64,000 bases of DNA from Candidatus Aldehydirespirator sp. (GTDB taxonomy: Bacteria; Actinomycetota; Acidimicrobiia; Acidimicrobiales; Aldehydirespiratoraceae). The notes under the pieces are model-generated. The model was not told the origin of the DNA. It was given only the letters and a program-made list of their open reading frames with translations, and did no database searches. The stretch lies in the NCBI GenBank assembly GCA_965220485.1, contig OZ244832.1, positions 481,943 through 545,942 of the forward strand, given 5' to 3'. Positions 36,715 through 44,991 of this stretch are shown here, piece by piece; position 1 is the stretch's first letter, and the number at the start of each line of letters is the position of its first letter. A program made the translations under genes and the position numbers.

Positions 36715-36951
36715 TTGGCGGACGTGGCCGAGGGTTTCGATGCCGACGCGATGATCGAGCGCTTCCGCGAGCGCGCCGCGGGCGTGAAGCACCGCAACCT
36801 CCCGCCGGTGGCTGGCGAGGAGCGGCGGCACTTCCTGGAGCAGGCCCAGCTGGACTTCCAGGACTTCGCCATGATCGGCGACGCCGAGGCCACGCTCGAG
36901 GACGGCGTCCTTCGTCTGAGCATCGATCTGCGCCCGCCGGAGGCTCGCTGA
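36715..36951 (+). CDS. Hypothetical 78-aa protein
   Basis: TTG start immediately after the preceding stop. The sequence looks globular (AEGFDADAMIERFRERAAGV...). No family recognised. Confidence 0.4.
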   Translation: MADVAEGFDADAMIERFRERAAGVKHRNLPPVAGEERRHFLEQAQLDFQDFAMIGDAEATLEDGVLRLSIDLRPPEAR

Positions 36952-37032
36952 GAGGCTGAGCGGATGGTGCGCCATTGACGAGAGTCATTGCGAGGCGCCG
37001 AGCGAGGCCGTGGCCTGAGCGGCCCGTGAGTA
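36949..37032 (+). repeat. ~140-bp intergenic repeat family, copy 7 (3'-truncated)
   Basis: Starts at a TGA (TGAGAGGCTGAGCGGATGG) and stops within the core after ...GGCCCGTGAG. Confidence 0.7.
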
Positions 37033-37161
37033 GCCCGATGTCAACCGAAGTCTCCCAAATCTGCATGGATTTTGTCGATAGGTGACGGCTTTCTCTACAG
37101 ATTTGGTGGTGCTCTAAGGGCGTGGCCGTCGGGGCCTGGCCTCGGTAGGATCGTCAAACCC

Positions 37162-37234
37162 GCGGACGTAGCTCAGTTGGTAGAGCGCAACCTTGCCAAG
37201 GTTGAGGTCGCCGGTTCGAGGCCGGTCGTCCGCT
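37162..37234 (+). tRNA. tRNA-Gly (anticodon GCC)
   Basis: Manual cloverleaf: acceptor GCGGACG/CGTCCGC, D-arm GCTC..GAGC, anticodon arm CAACC-TTGCCAA-GGTTG, and a T-arm with TTCGA. Confidence 0.9.
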
Positions 37235-37237
37235 CGG

Positions 37238-37933
37238 ATGGATACCGCCCGAGCCCTCCGCGTGGACCCGGACGCGGGGCTCGGCGAGACAGTCGGCGTT
37301 GAGATCTGCACGCTCGGCGATTACTGGCAGCCCGACCGCGATGAGCGCACCGGGATCGGTCTGCTGGTGCACCGGACCAAGGACAAGGCCGACCCTGGGG
37401 CTGCACAGGAACTGGCAGAGCGGTTCGCGAGCTTGGCCAGGGTCCTGCCGGAGGCCCCCGACGGCTTGCCGCGCCTAGTGGTGCCGGTCCCGTCCGTGCC
37501 AGCCTCGTCGGTGCCGGTGCCGTCCGTGCCGGCCTCGTCCGTGCCGGTGCCGTCCGTGCCGGCCCCGTCCGTGCCAGCCTCGTCCGTGCCGGTGCCGTCC
37601 GTGCCGGCCCCGTCCGCCGAAGACGATCGGCCGAAGCTCGCGGATCTGCTGGCCGCGTCTCTAGCTGCGGCCGGAGCGGGGGAGTACCGGCCCGGCCTTC
37701 TGACAAAGACCAATCCCACCCCGCGCATGCGCTACGTCGATCCCGAGCGGCGGGCCGAGGTCGTGGACTCGGCGGGCTATCGAGTTCGTGAGCCGGTGGT
37801 TGGACGCGACATCGTGGTGGTCGACGACGTGGTCCTGACCGGCACGACGCTGTGTGCCGTGGCGGCCTGCCTGCGCGACGCGGGCGCAGTCTCGGTGACG
37901 GCGGCCGTGGCCGCCCGCACAAGGCTTAGCTGA
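37238..37933 (+). CDS. ComF-family / phosphoribosyltransferase-domain protein with an internal tandem repeat
   Basis: C-terminal PRTase motif IVVVDDVVLTGTTL. The start, 4 nt after tRNA-Gly, is uncertain. Confidence 0.7.
   Translation: MDTARALRVDPDAGLGETVGVEICTLGDYWQPDRDERTGIGLLVHRTKDKADPGAAQELAERFASLARVLPEAPDGLPRLVVPVPSVPASSVPVPSVPASSVPVPSVPAPSVPASSVPVPSVPAPSAEDDRPKLADLLAASLAAAGAGEYRPGLLTKTNPTPRMRYVDPERRAEVVDSAGYRVREPVVGRDIVVVDDVVLTGTTLCAVAACLRDAGAVSVTAAVAARTRLS
37481..37615 (+). repeat. In-frame 15/30-bp tandem repeat (VPVPSVPASS-type units) inside the ComF-like gene
   Basis: GTGCCGGTGCCGTCCGTGCCGGCCYCGTCC units are directly visible. Confidence 0.9.
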
Positions 37934-37995
37934 GGACGACCGGCACCGTCGCTGGGTCCGTCCCAAGGTTTGTCGCCGGTACGCTGCGGTTCCCT

Positions 37996-38070
37996 GCGCC
38001 GGTGCCCGAGCGGACCAAGGGAACGGCCTGCAAAGCCGTAAAGCCGCGGGTTCAAATCCCGCCCGGCGCT
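37996..38070 (+). tRNA. tRNA-Cys (anticodon GCA)
   Basis: Acceptor GCGCCGG/CCGGCGC, anticodon arm ACGGC-CTGCAAA-GCCGT, T-arm GCGGG-TTCAAAT-CCCGC. Confidence 0.85.
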
Positions 38071-38273
38071 CCGAGGTGGCTTCGTGTGGTGAGTGCCTCC
38101 CCATCGCGAAACACAGGGCACACCAGACCCTCCAGGAATCCCAGGGAGGTTCATAGGGCTGAGCGCTCCTTGGTGTAGCTGGTCACTTCTTGCCCATCCG
38201 GGTCCTCGTGGTCATCGCTGTGGGCTGGCTTGGGTCGCTGCGACCGCACGACCAGCGAGATTGTGGTTCGTCC

Positions 38274-38351
38274 ATAGGCGAATAGCCTGTGCCCGCGGTC
38301 CTCTTTCATGTATAGGCGAAGTTGTGGTGTAGACTAGCTGTCTTCGCCTAT
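38274..38351. promoter_or_regulatory. Candidate HipB operator set
   Basis: ATAGGCGAAG (38312-38321) and its exact complement CTTCGCCTAT (38342-38351), plus a third half-site ATAGGCGAAT (38274-38283), lie just upstream of hipB. Confidence 0.4.
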
Positions 38352-38385
38352 CAGCGAAGCCACGCTACCGAGGGGAGGCAGCGCC

Positions 38386-38688
38386 GTGCAGATGAACCCG
38401 CACCCCATTGAGGCGCTGGGGTCCGACTTGCGAGAGCTGGGTGCGTTGTCGCGCGCCTTCGCGCGTCGTCGCCGTGATCTCGGCCTTACCCAAAGACAGG
38501 TGTCGGATGCCTGCGGGGTGTCGGTGCAGTGGTTGTCGGAGTTCGAGAACGCCAAGGGAGATTTCGGCGTCATCCGCGTGATGCGCGTGGCGGCGGTGCT
38601 GGGTTTGTCGTTGGCTGTGCATCAACGGCCTGTCACCGATATCGACTTGGTGTTCGAGCAGATGAGAGCGAAGGGGCGGCCACAATGA
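38386..38688 (+). CDS. hipB: XRE-family HTH antitoxin (HipB-like)
   Basis: LGLTQRQVSDACGVSVQWLSEFENAK HTH. Its stop overlaps the hipA ATG (ATGA). Confidence 0.8.
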   Translation: MQMNPHPIEALGSDLRELGALSRAFARRRRDLGLTQRQVSDACGVSVQWLSEFENAKGDFGVIRVMRVAAVLGLSLAVHQRPVTDIDLVFEQMRAKGRPQ

Positions 38689-40004
38689 GCACGCGACAGT
38701 TGATGGTCTTGATGTCGGGCCAGACGGCCGGTCGTGTGACCCGTGCTGCCGATGGCAGCGGGCCGCTGGTGTTCGAGTACGACGAGCCCTACGCTCACGG
38801 GCCCGCTGCTGTGCCGTTGTCGTTGAGCATGCCGTTGCCACGGAGGCGCTTCGCGGACGCCAGGGTGCAGGGCTGGATGGAGGGGCTCTTGCCCGGGCAT
38901 TCCCGTGTGCGCAGCCACTGGGCCGCCAAGCATGAGGCAGCCTCGGTTGAGCCGTTCGACCTGTTGTCCACCAAAGTGGGGCTTGAGTGCGCAGGAGCGG
39001 TGCAGTTCTGTGGCCCCGAGACGCTCGCCGACGCTGAGCGGCCCGGCGGTGTCAGCTGGTTGACGCCGGCACAGACCGAAGAGATGGTTGTCGATATGGT
39101 GCGCAATGCTTGGCTGTGGGGGCGCCTACTGCGCACCAGCGCCTTCAGTCTTGCAGGAGCGTTCGCCAAGACTGCCCTGTACAGAGACGGCTCCGATGCC
39201 CGCAGATGGGGCGAGCCGCACGGCTCGCGCCCGTCGACTCATATTCTCAAGGTCCCGGTGCCGGGCGAGCCCGAACGGTCCATCAACGAGCACCTGTGTC
39301 TCGCAACGGCCCGCTACTCGGGGCTTGACGCCGCTGAGACCGAACTGCAGACATGGGCGGGCCACACCGTGGTGGTCGTGACACGCTTCGACCGGATCCG
39401 CGACGCTGGCGGTGTGCTGCGCCGCGTCCACCAGGAGGATCTCCACCAGGCAGTCGGCGACTACAAGGCGTCGATCTATCAGCGCTCCAGCACCGGCCGC
39501 GCCTCGGGCCACGACCCGGCGCGCCTGGCCCGGCTGCTGCGAGACCATTCGACCGAACCCGCCCGTGACGCAGCCGCCTTCTTCGAAGCGCTGGCCTTCA
39601 ACTGGCTGATCTGCAACACCGACGCCCACTCCAAGAACTACAGCATCCTCCTCGGGCCAAGCGCAGCACGGCTCGCTCCGCTCTATGACATCTGGTCGGT
39701 TATGCCAGGGGACCCGCACCACTACCAGGCGCACTCTCTGGCGATGTCCGCTCTCGCCGACCCGCGCATCCTCGCAGCCGACAGCCCGCAGGCATGGCGA
39801 GCGACAGCGGCGGAGGTGGGGCTTGACCCGTCCGAGGGCGTCGACCGGGTGGAGCGGATCGCTAGTGCCATGCCCGAAGCGCTCGAGCGTGCCGTCTCCG
39901 AGCTCGACCCAGAACATCGCTCGGCCCGAGTCGTTGCTGCTCTTTTGTCGATGGTCCCAAACAGGATCTCAAAGTGCCTTTCTGCGCTTGCGGGGCGGTG
40001 CTGA
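38685..40004 (+). CDS. hipA: HipA-family serine/threonine kinase toxin
   Basis: N-terminal coupling domain (LMVLMSGQTAGRV...) and the catalytic C-terminus with ICNTDAHSKNYSILL. Confidence 0.9.
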   Translation: MSTRQLMVLMSGQTAGRVTRAADGSGPLVFEYDEPYAHGPAAVPLSLSMPLPRRRFADARVQGWMEGLLPGHSRVRSHWAAKHEAASVEPFDLLSTKVGLECAGAVQFCGPETLADAERPGGVSWLTPAQTEEMVVDMVRNAWLWGRLLRTSAFSLAGAFAKTALYRDGSDARRWGEPHGSRPSTHILKVPVPGEPERSINEHLCLATARYSGLDAAETELQTWAGHTVVVVTRFDRIRDAGGVLRRVHQEDLHQAVGDYKASIYQRSSTGRASGHDPARLARLLRDHSTEPARDAAAFFEALAFNWLICNTDAHSKNYSILLGPSAARLAPLYDIWSVMPGDPHHYQAHSLAMSALADPRILAADSPQAWRATAAEVGLDPSEGVDRVERIASAMPEALERAVSELDPEHRSARVVAALLSMVPNRISKCLSALAGRC

Positions 40005-40324
40005 TCGAGGGCGTGCGATGGTGCGGGCACCGGTTGCGAACCAGTTGACCCAGCAATGGCGAAGCAGCTATGGTAGGGGGCTATTCGCCTGGGCGTATGA
40101 GCAGGGGCTGCTCCCGTAGCGGGGAGAACTGGCCGTCTTGGCGGGCCTCGCAGATGCTGTTGACCGAAGTGGTGAGCGAGACCTCGCGCCGCCGACAAGA
40201 ACTCATCGATCTGATGGTGCGTTCGACAGCGCAACGGGTGCCGAACTCTGGCGCGGCGCAACGCCATTCCCAACCAACGCGAGCCCGATGACCCACCGGG
40301 CGCGGTCGGGGCAGCAGTTCGTCG

Positions 40325-41551
40325 TTATCGCCACGGTTGCCACGTGCGATAGGGCGCGCAGCGCCATGCCCATTCGAAGGGCCCGTACCGGAACCGTGCC
40401 AGCCACCACGTCAACCACCAGAACTGTAGCCCCCAGACCGGAGTTTGGCGGGTTGGCGGGGGTTTGGTGGTGGGAGATAGCCGCTGACCTGGGGTTTTGT
40501 GTTGTGAGCCGGCGTCAGGCGGAGGTTTGTAGGGGCGACACATACTTGACAGTCTGACGGCGATCATCGTGCGGCTGAGGTCGACGTCGTCCCACCACCA
40601 CGTGAGCATGATGACGCCCAGGATGGTCTGGGAGAGATAGTTGGTTAGCGCCATCCGGCCGGCGTTGCGGAAGCGTTCGATGTGGTGGCCGTTGCGCCGG
40701 TTCCAGATGATGATCAGCGCCATGTAGCTGAGGGCCATGGGGATCGTCCCCAGGCCGGTGGGGATGTGTCCCGTGAGCGCGTAGTCCGGTGACCAGTCGT
40801 CCGCGATCCGGAACACGATCTCGGCTGCGGTGACCGTCGTTCCCGCAACGAGACCCCACCGGGCCATGCGCCGGTAGTACTCGTGGTCTCGCTGTCCCTG
40901 CACGATGCCGAGCCGGAACAGAGCGACGCCGATCAGCATCAGCCCCAAGGCTCGCCCGGAGACATCCAGGTAGAACCAGCCCGAGACCACGTCCGACTTG
41001 TCGCCCGCGTCAGTGAACCAGTAATCGCCGAGCTCGATTCCGTCGGCACCGACGGTGTTCTGGAACAAGGGCGCGGCGAGGCTGCCCACGAGGGCCAGCG
41101 CAACGCCCGAGCCGATCAGCAGGCCCGCCGGGAGTCTGCGGACCAGGAGCACGATCGGCGCGCACATGGCGTAGAGGATCAAGACGTCGCCCTCCCACAC
41201 GGCGTGGTGGCCGAGGCCGACGACGAACAGCAGCAGGAAGCGCCACAGGCTCAGCCAGACGACCCGGCGACCCTTGGCTTTGGCACGATCGGCGAAGACG
41301 ACGACGCCCACGCCGAACAGCAGCGAGAACAACGCCATCATCTTCTGGTTGACGAAGATCATGGTCGCCACGCCGACGACCCAGTCGAAGGGTTGACGGA
41401 TCCCGTCGGCGGACACGTTGAAGTAAGCGGCCGACGCCAGGCCGAAGGCCAGCGCGTTCATGGGCAGGATGCCGAGTGTGGCCACGCCCCGCACAGCGTC
41501 AAGCGAGGAGATCCGTTCGGCCGCCGAGATCGGACCCGATGCCCGCTTCAT
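40325..41551 (-). CDS. DUF418/YeiB-like membrane protein with an internal repeat-derived insertion
   Basis: N-terminal RISSLDAVRGVATLGILPMN, LTNYL motif, and the C-terminal FRYGPFEWAWR signature. Confidence 0.8.
   Translation of the reverse strand: MKRASGPISAAERISSLDAVRGVATLGILPMNALAFGLASAAYFNVSADGIRQPFDWVVGVATMIFVNQKMMALFSLLFGVGVVVFADRAKAKGRRVVWLSLWRFLLLFVVGLGHHAVWEGDVLILYAMCAPIVLLVRRLPAGLLIGSGVALALVGSLAAPLFQNTVGADGIELGDYWFTDAGDKSDVVSGWFYLDVSGRALGLMLIGVALFRLGIVQGQRDHEYYRRMARWGLVAGTTVTAAEIVFRIADDWSPDYALTGHIPTGLGTIPMALSYMALIIIWNRRNGHHIERFRNAGRMALTNYLSQTILGVIMLTWWWDDVDLSRTMIAVRLSSMCRPYKPPPDAGSQHKTPGQRLSPTTKPPPTRQTPVWGLQFWWLTWWLARFRYGPFEWAWRCAPYRTWQPWR
40430..40560. repeat. MITE-related segment inside the DUF418 gene (approximate limits)
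   Basis: Carries GGAGTTTGGC and GCTGACCTGGGGTTTTGTG, strings otherwise found only in the 107-bp MITEs of this window. Confidence 0.4.
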
Positions 41552-41615
41552 GTGGACGGAGACGCGGCTTCCTTACACGCCCTGGCGGTGGAGGTTCACG
41601 CCGGGACGGCTGCGG

Positions 41616-42272
41616 CTATCGCAGGGAGAACGGCGGGTAGCGGTCGGTGATGAGCAGCCACATGTAGGCCGAGACGCGCAGTCCCCAGCGCTGCACGCCG
41701 AGCACGAAGTCGAACAATCCTCGGGGGTAGCGGCCGGTGAAGATGATCGCGAACCATGCGATCACCACGCAGATGAGCGCTGCTATTCCCAGCACAGCCA
41801 GCACGATGTAGTGCGGGATCGCCAGGATCCACTTGACCAGCGGCAACCAGCGGTTCAGATCCCGGGCCGCGTCGGGATAGTCCAGCCCCAGGCGGACGGC
41901 CTGCTGCTCATCGGTCGAGGGGTACTCGTCGCGCATCAGCGACAGGTAGGCATAGACGCGGGTGGTGAGCCGCGTCAGTTCGAGATTCCAGTCGAACCAC
42001 CAGCGGGGGTACTTCTGCCGGAACAGGACCATCAGCAACGTCGGCCCGAACAGCACGCCGGCCGAAGTGAGCTCTGGCCAGTTGGTCTCGCCGGGCGCCA
42101 ATTTGGTGGCGAAGGAACCAGCGACCAGACCGACTACGACTGCGATGGGTATGACGAGGATGATCCGGAACAGCGTCGTTACCCGATTGAGCCCGTCCTC
42201 GGGATACTCGATATCGAGTCTCGCCGGATAGCCGGGACTGCCGGACTCGCCGGTGCTATGAGCGTCTGACAT
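41616..42272 (-). CDS. DUF4389 domain membrane protein
   Basis: YPARLDIEYPE...NRVTTLFRIILVIPIA and a second repeat NRWLPLVKWILAIPHYIV...FTGRYPRGLFDF. ATG at 42272 with an RBS. Confidence 0.8.
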   Translation of the reverse strand: MSDAHSTGESGSPGYPARLDIEYPEDGLNRVTTLFRIILVIPIAVVVGLVAGSFATKLAPGETNWPELTSAGVLFGPTLLMVLFRQKYPRWWFDWNLELTRLTTRVYAYLSLMRDEYPSTDEQQAVRLGLDYPDAARDLNRWLPLVKWILAIPHYIVLAVLGIAALICVVIAWFAIIFTGRYPRGLFDFVLGVQRWGLRVSAYMWLLITDRYPPFSLR

Positions 42273-42473
42273 TGAGGTTCTCCCCTGGTAGGCGTCCAGC
42301 CGGGAAGCTAGCAGTTCCCCTCTTGCTACTCGCGCCACGCGGACCACTGTGCGCGGTTGCCGGGTCCGTGTCGATACGCACCAGATGGGGGTGTTGTTCG
42401 CTGGCCCCGTCTGATGTTCGGGGTCTATTCTCACAGCCAAACGCGACTGAACGTTTTGACTGGGGCTACGTTC

Positions 42474-43115
42474 GTGACGAGGTCGCTACTACGTCGGATG
42501 CTGCTGCTGTCGGTGTCCGCGGCGCTGCTGGCCGTTGCATGCGGCGGCGAGGTGACAGACTCCGTCCCGGCATCCGACACCGCGCCTCAGACGACGGAAT
42601 CTGAGCCCGCGGCAGCGGAACCGGAGCCCGAGCCCGACACGACGGAATCTGAGCCTGGATCCACCGATGGTTCGATGATTGGGGGGCGTGCAGGGGCTTG
42701 TGGTGCGGTACCATCTGCCCGCGAATTGGCAGCGGAGAAGGCCAAGAAGGGCGCTCCACGACACCTAGGCGCCAACGGCGGATCAGGCGCCAACCACGAG
42801 TCCGAGGAGCGTGTCACGGGGGTGGAGGCCTACGGCATGGTCGGCCTGGTGTGCGAGGTCATGCGCAACGCGTTGCGGGCCGTCTACGACGCGGGCGACA
42901 ACCCCACCCGGGCCGACATCTACGCCAAGCTGGCCTCGCTCGGGCCGGTGGACTCCCTCGACATGATCCCCGCCTCGATACGGTCGGGCAAGACCGCCAC
43001 GCCCGACGCGATCCACTACCTGGTGTTCGAGTACCCGTGTGAGCAGCCGGCACCATTCGGCGTCGAGAACATCTGCATCTATCCGATCACCGACTACCGG
43101 CCCCCGCCGAGCTAG
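42474..43115 (+). CDS. Hypothetical lipoprotein
   Basis: GTG start, lipobox LLAVAC, acidic Pro/Glu linker, and a Cys-containing C-terminal domain. Confidence 0.55.
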   Translation: MTRSLLRRMLLLSVSAALLAVACGGEVTDSVPASDTAPQTTESEPAAAEPEPEPDTTESEPGSTDGSMIGGRAGACGAVPSARELAAEKAKKGAPRHLGANGGSGANHESEERVTGVEAYGMVGLVCEVMRNALRAVYDAGDNPTRADIYAKLASLGPVDSLDMIPASIRSGKTATPDAIHYLVFEYPCEQPAPFGVENICIYPITDYRPPPS

Positions 43116-43163
43116 CCGCCACCCTCCAGGCTTCCGGGCGAGGTTGGAGTCGCAGCGGGGGTG

Positions 43164-44799
43164 TTAGGCGGCCGGGTTGACGACGCGGCCCACGAACACG
43201 ATGGCGCCGGTCTGTTGGTGGACGATGGCCCACAGGAACGGACGGTCGGCCACGATCGTGAGCTCGGGCTCGGGAGGCACAGACGTCCGGAAGACCAAGG
43301 CGGTGGCCGCGGCCGCCTCAGTGCCCTTCTCGTCGACGATCACCTTGGCACCGTGGAGCGCAGCGCTCATGAAGATGCCGGGAGCGATCCCTTCGAAGGG
43401 GGCGTCGCGGCAGAACCCCTGCGGGCAGAGCCATCCGAACAGGTCGGCGGGCGGCAGGGTCTGTTCCCACTTAGGCATGGCGACCACAACGGGCCCCGTC
43501 CTAGGTGGCTGGTGTTAAATGGCAATTTGCCACAATTCGCAAGTCGCTGACCTGGGGTTTTGTGACCGCAATACCCCCATTTCGGGAGTTTGGCACCAGC
43601 CACCTAGCGGCGCGCGGCAGCCCGGTGAGAGCGGCCGCGTCGAGCGATTCCTCAACGGCGGCGAGGCCGCCGGGGTCGTGGGGGACGATGAGCCACATGG
43701 CGAGTTCGCGGCCCACATAGGGGAGCTCCACCGCGTCGGCCTCGTCGAGCTGGACGTAGCGGCGCTCGACCGGATTCCCGTCGCTCATGAACGGCACCGT
43801 CACCGTCTGGCCGTCGCCGGTGGTGAACGGGCCGTCGCTGGTCAACTCCGCCTGGAACGGCACGATCCAGTCGGCCTTGAGGTACACCGTGTTGACGAGC
43901 ACGAGCTTCTGGTCCTGCACGGTGCCTGCGTCGACGATCGTGGGGATGAGGCCGCGGGTGCGCTCCGAAACCCACCGGTTGACGGTGTCGGCTGCGGCCG
44001 CGCCGTCGGCGGTGTCGACGGGCTCGACCGTTGCCCCGTACTGGGTGGCGGCGGTGTGGGAGAACTCGGGCCGCGACGAGAACTGGTCGTCGGGGAAGAG
44101 CCGGTTGGCCACCTCGAGGGTGTTGGGTTCCACCGAGGCCTTGGCCAGGCTGAGGTCGACGGCGTTGGCGGCCTGGTGGGTGCCGGCCTCGGGGAATCCG
44201 AAGATCTCGTCGAGGGCGGCCGCGGAGTCGGCCGATGCCCCGGCCCGGCTCATGCTGAAGGCCATACCGATGCTCATCGGGCTGGAGACGGCGTTGCCCT
44301 CAAGGTGCCGGTGGAATCCCCATCCGGCCGCGTTGACACCGGCGACCCAGTCGGCGGCCGCGGCTTCAGGGTCAGCCGGCAGCTGATCAACGACCGGATC
44401 CGGGACTGTGGTGGTCGTGGTTGTAGGTGGGGCGTCGGGTTCGGGTTCCGGTTCGGGTGTTGTTGTGGTGGTGGGCGGTTGGGTTGTCGTGGGTGGGGCG
44501 TCGGGTTCGGGTTCCGCGGTCTCCTCGGTGTCCGCGGGTTCGGGTTCAGCGGGTTCGTCGGTCTCGTCGGTGTCCGCGGGTTCGGGTGCTGTGGTGGTGG
44601 TTGTGGTGTCCGCGGGTTCTGGTTCGGGTGCTGTGGTGGCGGGTGGTTCTGGTTCGGGTGCCGTGGTGGTGGTTGTGGACTCTGCGGCTTGGGTGGGTTC
44701 GGAGTCAGTGACCGGTTCCGGCGCGGCCGTTGTGTCCGAGGAAGTACAGGCCGCGGCGACAGAGCACAGCAGCACCAGGCCTGCAAGCAACTTCGTCAT
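43164..44799 (-). pseudogene. Lipoprotein serpin, disrupted by a MITE insertion
   Basis: The N-part ORF (43501-44799) and the C-part ORF (43164-43487, with hinge GTEAAAATALVF) are colinear with the intact paralog. The frames rejoin if 103 bp are removed. Confidence 0.85.
43501..43607 (+). mobile_element. 107-bp MITE (TIR CTAGGTGGCTGGTG) inserted in the serpin gene
   Basis: Bounded by CTAG on both sides. The termini are identical to those of the IS at 58783-60805. Confidence 0.9.
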
Positions 44800-44991
44800 G
44801 CCAATTCGACGCTACATCAGCGCTACAGGTTCCCGGAGACGTCGACCACGGCGATAGTGGGTCTCGGACACGTCGTAGGCGGCCGCGCACTTACAGGATC
44901 GATTCGGTGAGCAGGCCCGCTGGTCGGCGCGCAACGCGCCAGCATCCACTGGCGCTATCTGAAGATGTGCAGAGTCAGGTCCCGTGCTGTC

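Noticed and set aside
37055-37106. 9-bp inverted repeat CCAAATCTG...CAGATTTGG, 34 nt apart, upstream of tRNA-Gly
   Set aside because: The arms are short and the spacer long, in an AT-richer promoter-like patch. It is plausibly just part of the tRNA promoter region, with nothing to distinguish it from chance.
40070-40291. 73-aa ORF between hipA and the DUF418 gene, and its antisense partner (40081-40296)
   Set aside because: Both strands are open here. The composition is typical of non-coding GC-rich DNA, and there are no motifs or translational coupling signals.
43519-44910. ORFs beginning MAICHNSQVADLGFCDR... (43519, 58577-58768, 60816-61007, 60923-61105)
   Set aside because: The shared peptide is encoded by the MITE itself and recurs wherever a MITE sits. 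The remainder is antisense to real genes. It is a repeat-induced artefact.
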